The position numbers and the translations under genes are program-made. DNA of 64,000 nucleotides from Caecitellus pseudoparvulus (Eukaryota > Protista > Bigyra: Bicosoecida): the NCBI GenBank assembly GCA_965644315.1, contig CBFFRQ010000013.1:310001-374000 (forward strand), given 5' to 3'. Under the pieces are notes generated by a model that was given only the letters and a program-made list of their open reading frames with translations, was not told where the DNA came from and did not search any database. Shown in pieces: positions 40,547 through 52,400 of this stretch (positions within the stretch are counted from its first letter, which is position 1; the number at the start of each line of letters is the position of its first letter).

Positions 40547-42205
40547 ATGGCGTCGAGGTCTCCCGCGGAACGTGCGTTCGTGCCCGCCTCTGTGCCTGTG
40601 CAATGTGGGAGCCACACCCGTCGCGCGCGACACCGCCCACACACCATGGCACTCGCAGCCCCCACGCTGCCTTCCACAGACACGGCACGGGGCAGGGAAG
40701 GGCGGGGCAGCATGGCATCTCGCACCTCCACCATGACCCCTGCAGTGTCCCCCGTGCGCACGCAGGGCGGGGGGGGGGCCCGCCGCCGCGCGCATGTGTC
40801 GCTGGAGCGCCGTGTGAAGGGCTACGCCGCGTGGAAGCGGCGCGCAGACGAAGCCATCGTGCGCCGCGAGATGGAGCGCGCGTCCCCCGTGCGGCAGTCC
40901 CCCCTGGATGACTCCCTCGCCCCCATGCGCCTCCGGTGCCCCGACGAGGGCTACTTCCGCCACGGCGCGCCCCTGGCCCAGCGGGAGGCGGCCGAGGCGG
41001 CTGTGGAGGAGCTCATGGCCACCGTGGCACACTCTGCCGAAGACGCCAACGTCCTGGCCACCTTGGGCGGCACGCTGCGCACGGCGGTGGCGCCGCCTGA
41101 GAGCTTCAAACACGGCGCCGCATCCGTGGGGGATGACGGCGCCTCAGAAGCCATGTCCATCTCTAGCCGGGCATTGGGGGGCAAGGGCACTGCCAGCGCC
41201 ATGGAGAGCCTGCTGGAGGCGGTGGCGCGCGGGGAGGAGGTGCCGGAGGGCATGGGCGGCGTGGGGGCCAGCCGTGGGGAGCGGGTGCAGGTGGGCGGCG
41301 TGGACCTCACGGTGAACATGACGGACAGTGGGCTGGCAGACCTGGGCGGCCTGCACGGGTCGGCCAAGCACGGCCCCGCGGCGTACAAGCGGCGGGTGGC
41401 GCTGAAGGCGGCCGTGGCGCGGGCACTGACCACCCCTGATGGGCGCCCCCCCTGGAACCACGACCCAGTGCCGGACTACGTGAAGCAAGAGCGCGGCAAG
41501 GGCGCGGCGCGTTTCACCGCCGCCATCGACCGCAGCGACAAGTACTTTGACGCCAGTGGGCGCAAGGCGAGGGGGCCCCTGGCATTCCTGCACCCCCCCT
41601 CCCACGCGGGGCGGTACCATCCTCTGCGCAGTGACGCGGTGGCTGTGAGTGAGCCCCGCCTGGGGAGCGTCACGCCACACTCCCGACGCGCCTGGGCGGC
41701 CGGGCAGGACGGCGACCCTGCTGAGGCTGTGGGAGCTGACGCAACGCCGGCGCCGTCCCCAGCGCCGTCCCCGTCACCCTCCAGCACCAAGCTTTTCGCA
41801 GCGGCAGCGCGGCGGGGCAGTGTCATGCCAGCAGCGGGCAGTGCGTTGGGCAAGGCGCTGACAGTTATGGGGCAGGGTGGCGGCGGCATGGAGGCCATTG
41901 AGGAGGAGGGCATGACGGAAGCGCAGTACTATGCTGCGCTGTACAGCAGTGGCGGCGCAGGGGCGCCCTCCCCCACTCAAACACGCCGCCCACCGCCTTC
42001 ATCGCCGGCACCAGCGGCGCCGTCCAAGTCAACGAAGTCCAGTGCTACTGCGGTTTCAGTTTCACCGGCTGCTGTGCCAGCAGCCACGCCACGCCAGCCT
42101 GCATGGGTGGCAACCAAGCTCAGCAAGCTGGCAGCCTCCCGTCGAGCCGTGCGGGCAGCACTGGGTGGCGCGCACCTCCCCCAAGCGTCAACTTCAGACG
42201 TATGA
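40547..42205 (+). CDS. Hypothetical low-complexity protein
   Basis: 552-aa ORF from CACCATGG context with GC3 bias. No family recognised. Confidence 0.6.
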   Translation: MASRSPAERAFVPASVPVQCGSHTRRARHRPHTMALAAPTLPSTDTARGREGRGSMASRTSTMTPAVSPVRTQGGGGARRRAHVSLERRVKGYAAWKRRADEAIVRREMERASPVRQSPLDDSLAPMRLRCPDEGYFRHGAPLAQREAAEAAVEELMATVAHSAEDANVLATLGGTLRTAVAPPESFKHGAASVGDDGASEAMSISSRALGGKGTASAMESLLEAVARGEEVPEGMGGVGASRGERVQVGGVDLTVNMTDSGLADLGGLHGSAKHGPAAYKRRVALKAAVARALTTPDGRPPWNHDPVPDYVKQERGKGAARFTAAIDRSDKYFDASGRKARGPLAFLHPPSHAGRYHPLRSDAVAVSEPRLGSVTPHSRRAWAAGQDGDPAEAVGADATPAPSPAPSPSPSSTKLFAAAARRGSVMPAAGSALGKALTVMGQGGGGMEAIEEEGMTEAQYYAALYSSGGAGAPSPTQTRRPPPSSPAPAAPSKSTKSSATAVSVSPAAVPAATPRQPAWVATKLSKLAASRRAVRAALGGAHLPQASTSDV

Positions 42206-42709
42206 TGATAAAAAAGTATGTTCGTGTGTGTTGCAGGGGTGCCCGCCGCTGCGTTGGGGCTGTCTGGGCCTGCACGTTTGTCGGTGCAAGTCAGCTGACA
42301 GGCCAGCTGACTCTGTCCACTTGCTCCCGTGACACGACCAGTCGCGGGAGCACTCTGAGGCTGTGGCGCTGCTGACGAAGGGTGCTGACCACTGCTTGCG
42401 AACGCACGATCCCCCCCCCTCTTGTTCGTGCAAGGGGGGGGGGGGGGTCTTCGCAATGGAAGGCCGAGTGTGTGAAGGGGGGTGCTGTGGAGCTTTCGCT
42501 GCACTTCTCCTTCGAGGCGTGGCAAATCAAGGCTGGTCCAGGCGCAATTTCATTCTCTTCGCGATGAATTCCCAGCGTAGCCTGGACTCCACACCACCTA
42601 CAAGCTTCTTGCTCCTCTCTTGGTCCCCTTGTTTCTGTTCTCAGCCGTGGGAGGCGTGCCCCTGGTCTGCCAGTGTGGTGGGCGTTTCCTCCAGCAGCTC
42701 CTGCACTCC

Positions 42710-44512
42710 ATGAGTGATTCCACCGCCACGAAGCGGAGGGCGGTGAGTGACTCGGGGCGTGCCAGCGCAGCAGCATCTGCGTCCACTCACAAAGCGTCTC
42801 GTGCTCGCTTTACAGAGCGGAGGGCCCGTTCAAGCGTGCGTCCTGCGCCGGCACGCGCAGCCTGGGATGGTGTGGCGCTGTGGCGCTGTCTCACACGTGC
42901 CGCTGCCCATCACGCAGGCCTTCCAAACGGGCCGTGCACAACGCCAGCGAGCAGCGCCGGGCCAAGCGCATCAACAGTCAAATTGATGCATTGCGTGACA
43001 CCCTCTCCGTGCGTCGCGGGCGCCGCCTGGCCTTGCCATGCGCCTTGCACTTGTATCTGTGCTGGCTGCATGCCATTCTGCGCCACCGTCGTGCGCTTGC
43101 AACGCACAACCTGCACACCCCTGCGCTGCACTGCTCAGGACGCTGGACTGGATTTCAAGCGGGACAAGGGCTCCGTCCTGGAGGCGGCCGTCATGTACAT
43201 TCACGAGCTGGAGGAGCGGCAGCGTGCGTGCGCGCCATATTCCCCGCACTCACCCCCCTGACTCGCGCACACGTTCGCACACGCCTGCCAACGTCGCGCA
43301 GGGCGAAGCACGGCCTCGGCAGACACAGCCAGCGACACATCTCACCCTGCCAGTGCCCGGGCACCCGAGGAAGAGGGCCATGCGACGTGCATGGCCGAGC
43401 AGCGTGTCGACTACAAAGGCGTGTTTCAGTACTCCGCCATGCCCATGGCGGTGGCCAGCATGGACGGCAGCTTCTTAGATTGCAACCTGGCCTTCTGCGA
43501 CATCACGGGGTACTCCCGTGCGGAAGTGCTGCAGCGCTCTTTTTTCAACTTCACCCCGCCCCAGGAGCTGCAGATGACGTTCAGCATCGTGTCCGAGTTG
43601 ATGGGGCAGGGCGGCAGCGGCACGCGCCCTGCCCACATCACCAAGACCTTCACCAAAAGCTGCAACATGAAGCACGGCACTCGCCGCATGCACGTGAAGA
43701 TGGCAGTGGTGAAGGACAGCGAGGAGGCCCCTGCCTTCTTCACGTGTGCCGTCATGCCTGCGGAAACCGTCACGGGTGGCTTGGCGGTGCGCTCCCTCAG
43801 TGAGGACAGCGGCTCATGTGCGTTCCGCCGCAGTGGCGGCGCGCCTGGCAGCTCCAGCCCCGCCGACACAGACAGCAGCTCAGGCGGTGGCGGTGCTGGC
43901 TCTGCGCAGTCCAGCGCCTCCCGCAGTGGCACGCCAGCGCCCCCCGTAGTGGCGCCGGCTCCCGCCCTGTCAGGCGTCATGTCTGCCTATGCAGCAGGCG
44001 CCGCGTCGCAGCCTCGGCAGGCTGACCAGGGGGAAGGGCCAGCGGCCGTGGCCACCCCTCATCGGGCCGGCCTGCCCAGCACCCGCACACACCTGCCCAG
44101 GTCCAACCCAGCAGTGGCGGATGTGGGCGCCCCCACCACGGCGCCTGCTGGTCTGACGGATGTGGGCGCCGGGGCCGGGCCGCCATACCCGCACTCGACG
44201 CACGGAGGGCGAAGTCCGGCGCACCCCCTCGACCAACTCATTGCACATGGGTACGTGGCGGAGGGCAGGGGGGGGCACGGTGGGGGCCTGCCCCCCCCCG
44301 CCCTGCACCCGTGTGGGGGGGGGGGTGTCATCCCCCCCAGTGTCGGGTCCGCGGAGCCCCTCCACGCCCTCGCATCCAAGCCGTACGTGCCAGGTGTGGG
44401 GGCACAGTCCAGCTTCACGCAGGGCACCTTTGACGGGCTCTTCTCCGGCATGGGGGGCGACAGCTTGTTCGGGGGGGAGGAGGGCGACAGCTGGGCCGGA
44501 CCAGGCAAGTAG
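42710..44512 (+). CDS. bHLH-PAS transcription factor (single PAS domain, diatom bHLH1/RITMO1-type architecture)
   Basis: Five exons including a 20-nt micro-exon (42816-42835). bHLH: KRAVHNASEQRRAKRINSQIDALRDTL|...DKGSVLEAAVMYIHEL. PAS: YKGVFQYSAMPMAVASMDGSFLDCNLAFCDITGYS. Confidence 0.85.
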
Positions 44513-44781
44513 CCAGCCACCCCGTTTGGTGGCAGCGTGCTGGCAGGGGGGGCCCCCGTCACTCGTGTGCACGGGGGCATTGCTGCAGTACATGTATAAT
44601 GCATGGCAGACTGTCTGTGCCTGGCCCCTGCACCGCCTTCGCCGTGAGCGTGCCTGTGCGGTTAAATCGGCGTTTCCACGCTTCGCCTGACACGCTCGGC
44701 ACAGCGCCGCCCTTTGCGGGAGGCAGCGAGGGACACAGGGCACTGCCAGCGGCCAGTGGCAGGCGACTGGGCGTCCCTGCC

Positions 44782-46082
44782 ATGGCGGCCAGCGAGAGGA
44801 AGACCCGCATTGCGTGTGCGAAGAAGGAGTTGCAGGCCTTGAAAGCTCAGCTGCAGGCCCTCGTGGCGTCTAGGTCTACCACAAACCTCGCCAAGGCGGC
44901 AGCCAGTGCCGGCGTGTCGAAGGAAGGCCTCCCACGCCTGCACGACCGGAAGCGGCTATTCGGACACTATGGCAAGGTGTACGCCATGTCATGGGCCGGC
45001 AACTCCAAGCACATGGTGTCTGCTAGGTGCGTTTCTGCCGGCCGCCGCGACCGCAGCGTGCCAGCAGGCGCAGGCACTTTCCACCGCCCAGGCGTCGCCT
45101 GGCAGCGTAAGGAGGCTGCCAGCACACTGTGCTCCGTTGTGCCTCGCCTGTGCACAGTCAGGATGGCAAGCTCATGGTGTGGAATGCTGAGCTGCAGGCG
45201 CGAACGACAGGTGGGTGCATCAGCTGGCCCCGCAACGCGGGCAACCGAGGAGGCTGGCGTGCCCCGCTGGGCAGCAAAGCGCGACACGGCCCGCTCCCCA
45301 CCCCGCCCCCTCCTACAGCCATCCATCTGAAGTCCGCCTGGGTCATGACGTGTGACTTCGAGACGCGGGAAAGCAACGTCGTGGCGGCGGGCGGCCTGGA
45401 CAACGTCTGCACGCTGTATTCGGTGTCCGCCGCCCAGGCCGGCGACGACAAGCCCCTGCAGGAGCTGGCGCACCACGACGGCTACCTGGCCAGCTGCAAG
45501 TTTGTGGGGGGCAAGGGCATGCTGACGGCGTCGGGGGACTCCACCTGCGCCCTGTGGGATCTGGACCGCTCCGCGCCGACACAGGTGATGGCGGACCACG
45601 ACGGGGACGTCATGGCCCTGGCCGTGAGCCCCACGGCGCCCTCCGTCTTCGTCTCGGGCTCCTGCGACGCCACGGCCAAGGTGTGGGACCTGCGCAGTGG
45701 CCGTGCCGAGCACACCTTCACCGGGCACGAGAGCGACATCAACACGGTGGCCTTCCTGTCCAGCGGCACGGCCTTCGGCACCGGCTCCGACGACGCCACG
45801 GCCAAGGTGTGGGACCTGCGTGCGCTGGGCCCCGTGGCCAGTTTCGGGGACGAGGCGGTGCTGGCGTCCGTCATCTCCATGGACTTCTCCGCGTCGGGAC
45901 GCCTGCTGTTCGCGGGCAACGACAACTCGGGCTGCGTCGTGTGGGACACGCTGGGCAGCACGACGGCGCCCCTGGACACCCTCACCTGCCACACCAACAG
46001 GGTGTCGGCAGTGCAGGTGGCGCCGTCGGGGCAGGCCCTGGCCACCGCCTCCTGGGACACCACCCTCATCGTGTACGCGTAG
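44782..46082 (+). CDS. Heterotrimeric G-protein beta subunit
   Basis: N-terminal coiled coil, GHYGKVYAMSW, SA|SQDGKLMVWN, WVMTC, GGLDN, GHESDIN, GSDDAT and ASWD. Two introns. Confidence 0.93.
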
Positions 46083-46149
46083 CGGGCGGGGCGGCGTCCC
46101 CTGCCCCCATCTTTGTGCATTTAATCCATCCACAGTCGTCGGCGGGCCG

Positions 46150-47270
46150 TCAGGGGGAGCCTGCTGCAGCCGCCGCGCTGCGCGTCACGACGCTGCCATC
46201 CGCCTGCCCGAAGTACGCCTTCTCAGCCATGCCCGGGAAGAGACCCGTCTCCACCACCCCCGGCGTCGTCACCAGCGCCACGTGCAGCTCAGAGGGCGTC
46301 GTCACCTGCCCGAAGTCCGCGTCAATGACGAAGTTCCCTGTGTGGGGCAGGGGAGGAGGTGCGGGGTGCGGTGTGCGGAGTGCGGTGTGTGGGACCACGC
46401 ACCGTTGTCGGTGATGACGGGGCCAGCCTTGTTCACAGCCATGCGCAGGTGGGGCTTGCCGCCCAGCGCCTCGATGCGCTTCATGACGGTGACGTAGGCG
46501 CCTGGCAGCACCTCCAGCGGCACGCCCTTGGTCCAGCTCTGCCCCAGCACCTGGGAGTCCTTGCGGTGGTCAGCCACCAGTACAAACTTGCTGGCCGCGG
46601 CAGCCACCAGCTTCTCCTGGGTCTGACAGGCACCACCACCTGCGCGAGTGTGCGTGGTGGGGGTGTGTGGGGCAGGTGGCAGGGCGGGCAGTGTGCTGCG
46701 GAGTTTGGCCCCGCGCACCTTTGATGGCATTCAGCCCCGCGTCCACCTCGTCAGCGCCGTCGATGGCCACGTCCAGCTCAGGGTGCCGCGTCAAGTCACT
46801 GATGGGCAGGCCAGCTTCGATGATGAGCTGAGGCGGCGGCGTGCTACGGCGTGTGGGCGACAGAACAGCGCAAGGTGCGAGCACGCGTGCCTGCGCGGAA
46901 ATTGTGCCCTCACCTGCCTGCTCTGGAACGAGGTGGGCACGCAGACCATGTCCACGCCCTGCAGGTGGTACAGCTCTGCCAAGCGCTGAATGCCGTACAC
47001 GATGGTGGAGCCCGAGCCCACGCCCACCACCATGCCGCTTTTCACATACTCGTCCACTGCGCCTCTTGCTGCCGCTCGCTTGGCCCGCTCCAAAGGGCTG
47101 CTCGGCACAGCAGCCTTGCCGGCCGCTGCTGCAGGGTTGGACTTGGCAGCTGACGCCTGCGTGGCCATGCTACTGGCCAGCACGGCAGAGGCGCCGGCTG
47201 CCAGGGCAATGTGCCGGTTGCCTTGCACGGCCCGTGCAGCCAAGCGCATCCAGGCGCCCGCTGCAGCCAT
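46150..47270 (-). CDS. RPIA: Ribose-5-phosphate isomerase A
   Basis: GVGSGST, DGADEVD, K|[13 protein letters not shown]|GNF and PGVVETGLF. Three introns and an Arg/Ala-rich N-terminal extension. Confidence 0.95.
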
Positions 47271-47443
47271 GGTGAGCGTGCGGGAGGGGGGAGACGCAGG
47301 GGGGTTCAGAGGAGGCAAGTGTGGCGTGTGGGCAAATTCTGTGCAGGTGCGTTGTGCGGGAGGTGGTTCACTGCAGTTGGACCCGGTCGTTGGTCGGGCG
47401 GTGTACGGTTTGCTCTGGCGAGCCTGGCAGCGGAGGGTGCACC

Positions 47444-48223
47444 ATGCAGGCCATGTTCAAGCCCCATGAAGGGGGCACCACGACCTGCATCAACGCAGGC
47501 AACAAGATCATGTTCACGACGACATATCCAGATGGTGTGCAGATGGCCGAGGAGGTGGCAGGGGACACAGGGGAGCTGCTAGGTGCGGGCGTTTCCACAG
47601 CGTTTCGATGCCTGCGGTGCGACCCTTTGAACCTCCTGTCGGCGTCCCCGCAGTGCGCAAGTGGAAAGGCGGCGGTGGACTGGGCAGCACTGCCTCATGG
47701 GAGTACGAAATCGGGGAACCTGCCACAACAGCCGACGCTGCCGCTGCAAGCAGCACCGTTGGCAGCGCTGCCGCGTCTGCCTCGGGTGGCGCTGCCCTGC
47801 GCGTGTCCAGCTCCAACCCCACGCTGGTGTGCCGTGAGAGCCGGGAGGCGTACATCTGGCGCGTGCGGAACCTGCCCTACCCCAAGAGCGTGTACAGCCT
47901 CAGCGTGGACGACGACAAGCAGCAAATCGTCCTGCGCACCTCCAACAAGAAGTGCGTGGACGGCGGCCATGGCCCCAGGACGCCGCCCCCGCCACGCGCC
48001 CACGCCCCACCGCCGCAGGTACTACAAACGCATCTCTGTCCCTGGCATGGCCCGGTGTGGGTGCGCCCTGGACCCCGCCGCGCTCTCCTTCACACACGCC
48101 AACAACACACTCGTCATCACCCTGGCAAAGCCCAAGGCAGTGCTGGAGGCAGACGCAGACGCAGCAGATGCCCGCAAGGCGGCTGCTGCAGGCCAGGGCA
48201 GCGCGCGCTGTGCGCAGCAGTGA
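47444..48223 (+). CDS. DPCD: DPCD (deleted in primary ciliary dyskinesia) homolog
   Basis: LL|VRKWK...WEYEIGE...SSSNP...WRVRNLPYPKSVYS...RTSNKK|YYKRI...HANNTLVI, with C-terminal CAQQ (CaaX-like). Confidence 0.9.
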   Translation: MQAMFKPHEGGTTTCINAGNKIMFTTTYPDGVQMAEEVAGDTGELLGAGVSTAFRCLRCDPLNLLSASPQCASGKAAVDWAALPHGSTKSGNLPQQPTLPLQAAPLAALPRLPRVALPCACPAPTPRWCAVRAGRRTSGACGTCPTPRACTASAWTTTSSKSSCAPPTRSAWTAAMAPGRRPRHAPTPHRRRYYKRISVPGMARCGCALDPAALSFTHANNTLVITLAKPKAVLEADADAADARKAAAAGQGSARCAQQ

Positions 48224-48351
48224 ACAGGGGGGGAGTGTGGTGCTCGCTGCGGAATGTGAGGGGTGGCAGGCAGCTGGGATGCACCACAATTCACTCGGAT
48301 AGGCGCCGTCATGCCACCCTTGAGCGCGACACTCCCCACACTTCTTGCACC

Positions 48352-49319
48352 ATGTTGAGTGGAGCTGTGAGCCGCGGGCTGCGGCGCGCAGGGCCGTCAC
48401 TGCGCGGCGGCTGGCCAGCTTGGCACCAGCCTGTGCGCGGGATGTTTGAGAACGTGCGGCACCGGGGAGAGCTGACGCAGCGCAAGGACACCACCGGCCC
48501 AGTGATGTTGTTCACCCCCCCTGAGGAGCAGCCACACACTGCCAGTGTGATTTTCATGCACGGACTGGGCGTGCGTTTTGCTGGCGTTTCGGCGACCCAG
48601 CACGCGCACACACTCGCAAGCCTCGCTGCTCATGAGCACAGGATTCTTGCCACGGCTGGGCGCAGATCGTCGCGCAGTTTCTGCTGCCATCGCTGCCCCA
48701 CGTCAAGTTCGTCCTGCCCACTGCCCCCACGCGCCCCGTCACCATCAACGGCGGCTACCCCTGCCCTGCGTGGTATGACATCGAGGACTTGGCCAGTCGC
48801 CAGCATGGCTGTGGCGGCATCCACGAGTCCAGGGCGTTTGTGCAGAAACTCATTGCGGAGGAAGTCGTGTCTGGCGTGCCCTCCAGCCGCATCGTGCTGG
48901 CAGGCTTCTCGCAGGGCGGCGCGCTGAGCCTGTTCAGCGGCTTGACCAGCACGCCGCCCGTGGCTGGCATTGGCGTGCTGAGTGGGTACTTGCCGCTGTC
49001 CGAGGAGGTGAAGGGCACTGCTCCACTCAGTGCGCGGGGTGTGCCGGTGTGGATGGGGCATGGCGAGGACGACGAGGTGGTGTTGCTGCAGTGGGCGGAA
49101 GCATCCCATGCTGCGTTGCAGGAGATGGGGATGGAGAGCGTGCAGTGGAACGCCTACCGGCACACGGCACACGAGGCGAACCCGGACGAGTTGAAGGACT
49201 TTGCAGGGTGGCTGGAGCAGACGCTGCCGGCCGGTGTGTCCGTTTCTGACGTCGCAGCGGCGGCAGAGTTGCAAGCGCAGCAGGAAGGCTTGCAACGCCA
49301 GCAGCGGGTGGAGCAGTGA
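48352..49319 (+). CDS. Acyl-protein thioesterase / lysophospholipase (APT1/LYPLA family)
   Basis: IFMHGLG|DS, PTAPTRPVTINGGYPCPAWYDI, GFSQGG and HGEDDEVV. Mitochondrial-like presequence. Confidence 0.9.
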
Positions 49320-49476
49320 CCCGCCTGTGGCAAAACCCGCCCTGGCACGTGCGACAGGCATCCAAGTGTAGGCATGCTTCCATCTCTAGGCTGCCGTGCA
49401 GCTTGATCTGTTGCAGCGCTTCCCTCCGTGCTCAGCGGCAGCTGGCGCGTGAGGCGGCGGCGGCGTTGCCAGCGGC

Positions 49477-52400
49477 ATGGCGCAGGGAGACACAGGCGCC
49501 CTCGTGCTGCGCCTGCCTGCCATCGGGAATGCACCATTCGTCACACCAGCCGCCTTTAGTGCTGGGGATTTGGCATGGCGTGTGTGGGTGCTGCCAACTG
49601 CCAACGGCTGCAGCGCCGGGCAACAGCTGGCTGGTGAGCGCGGCAACACTTGCCCTTGCTCGAGTAAGGATGAACGGGTGATGGTGCGGGTGGATGCCTT
49701 GCCAGAGCATCGCAGCATGCAGGTGCACGTCGCGCTGTTCGGGGGCGAGGCGTGCTTGGCGAAGGCAACGGCAGGCGTGAGCCGGCGCGGAATTTGGTCT
49801 GCCGCCACACCAAACAGCGCTGCCACCACCCTCAGCGAAGTGGGCTCCAGCATCCAGCTGCACTTCGCCGTGTACGACACCCAGAAGAGTCACTGGACCG
49901 CGGCCATGGACGCCCTGCTCCTGCCCTGGCCCGCCCTGCACATGTCCGAGCCGCTGCTGGCCTCTGGCCTGCCTGGCACACACACACTGGGGCATGTGGG
50001 GGACTGCCACTGCGGCCCCGCCGACCTGCACGCGCCAGGCTGGCACACCCTGTCCCTGTCCGTTTCGGGCCTCCTGCACCGCACCGTGCCAGCGGAGGAG
50101 CCGGCACAGCCGGCGCAGCTGCCGCTGGGCCTGGCCGCCTTCACGCTGGCGGCGGCCGTGGTGGGGCCGGAGGGGGCCCCCCTCACACCCCTCGTCAACC
50201 TCGGCTCCGCCAGCGTGAGTGAGGCGGGCGAGTGGGAGGGCACTTGGGCGCAGCCCTGCCGCCTGCCCCTGCCCCCCGGCGTGCTGACGTCAGCCTGCCC
50301 CACCCTCATGCTGTACGCCGTGACGGCGCCGGAGGAGGGGGAGGAGGGGGGGGGTACACCGCCCCCGCCCCCCCCCATCAGCGCCTTTGCCTTCCTGCGC
50401 CTGCTGCGGCCGGCTGGGGAGGCGGCAGATGGCACGTGGGCGCTGCCGCTGTGGGGGGGGGCACCCCCCGTGGTGCCCTGTGGCGAGGGGGGGGTGGCCA
50501 TCTTCCACCGACCCCCCCTCACAGACGTCCCCACAGGGGACACCCTGCCCCCCCAGGCCTCTGCCCTGCTGCCCTCTGCCGCCGCCGGCGCCCTGCCGAC
50601 GCACGCTCACCTGCCCACGCTGCTGGGAGCGCGGGCAGAGGCGTGGGGGGAGGAGGGGGGGGGCACCCCCTCCGGACCCCCCCCCTTCCTCGCCTCCGCC
50701 GTGACGTATGCGGTGGACGAGGGGGGGCGCTGGGTGGCGCTGGAGGGGGCTGCCGGGCGGGGCGTGGGCGCACCCCCCGCCGGAGTCACTGCCGCCCAGG
50801 CCGCGGGCGTCTTCCCCCTCGGCCTGCGCCTGACCTGTGACTTGCACTCCAGTGCGTTGCTGGGGCGGGGGACACAGCTGCCGGCCCTGCTGGCGGCAGG
50901 GGGGGTCAGTGCGGCGCCAGGGGACCCCCCGCTAGGTGCTGTCCACGTCAGCTCTTTGCCACAGGAGGTGGTGGCGGGGGCGGGGGACGCGGGGACCCCC
51001 CTCGCGGCGCTGTTGGAGGGGGGGTCCGACCCGGCCTGGTGGGCCGCCTGCGACGCCCCCCTGCCCCCCGGCACGCCCCCCCCCACTCGCCTCCTCGCCT
51101 CCGCCCCGGCCCTCCTGGCCGCCCTGCCACCTGCCTGCCTGCCGTACCTCACCCGTGCCCCGGCCGAGGGGGGTGACGCGCCCCCCCACCTCACCTCGTC
51201 AGGCTGCACCCTCGCACTGCTCGTCGCTCGGGCGTCCACGCTGGGTGTGGACAGTGGTGCGCTGGCAGTGGGCATGCTGCAGCAAGGCGGGCCGGGGGAC
51301 GGCGCGAGCGTGGCGCTGGAACTCTTCAAGCGCCGCCTGCGCCTGGTGCGTCTCATGAAACGCACGGCGTTGCACGTGCTGGGCGCATGCATCGGCGCTC
51401 TGGCACAGGAGGGGGGGGGGCACTCCGCCCTGGCCGCTCTGGCTGACTCCCTCGTGCCTGCTGCGTTGCAGGGTGGCTGGGATGGAGTCACTCCCCGGGC
51501 CGCGTTGCTGGCCACGAGTGCCCTGGCCACCTGTGGTCTGTGCCCCGACGCCGCCCTGGAGGGGGAGGTGAGCGCGGCGGCGGGCCAGGGGGGGATCCTG
51601 GCCGCAGCAGCCCTCCCCCTCCGCGCCCTGACAGAGGTGGTGGCAGGGGTGGATGGGGGGGGGTTGCTGGTGGCGAGCGCGGGGGGCGCGGGGGCACCCC
51701 CCCTGGCCCACCACACCCCCGGCATGCCCTGTGACACCACCCTTGCCCAGCGGGAAGGGGAGCTGTGGGGAGGGGGGGACGGGGGGGTGGAGGGGACCCC
51801 CCCCTCCCCCCAGCTCCCACCCCCCCTCGCCACTGCCATGCTCAGCCACTGGGCCGCCACCCTGACGAGCACCCTGCGCCGCCTGGCAGCGGGGGACACT
51901 GCGCTGCCCACCCCCGCCACCGTCGCAGCGACCGGAAACGCCCTGGCGGCGTGGGCGGGGTGGCTGGGTGCAGCGGGCCGGTGTGCCGCCGCCCAGGGCG
52001 CTGTGGCGGGGCATGCGGTGCGGGCGTGGTGTCGGCACGACGCGTCGTACTTGTATGCGCTGGGCGGGGAGGCGGCGCTGCCCTCTGCGCTGCAGGGCCT
52101 GCAGGCTGTGCCGGGCTCCACCTGGCTGGCGGCGCCGTCGCGTTGCATGAGGGTGCGCCGGGTGGGCGAGGCGGAGGAGGCACACGGCCTGCTGCAGTTC
52201 AGCATGGACATCCTAGGAGATGACGGCGTGGAGGGCTGTGCAGACACCGATATTCGACTGCTGCAGTGTGTGGGGCAGCTGCTGCCCAGCGACGCGCCTC
52301 TCGCGGCGGGGCACGCGTTGGCGTTACTGCTGCGTTTCATGATGCGCCTCGCCCGTCTGGGCAAGGTCGCGCGGGCAGTGCTGCTGGCGTCCACGCCTGC

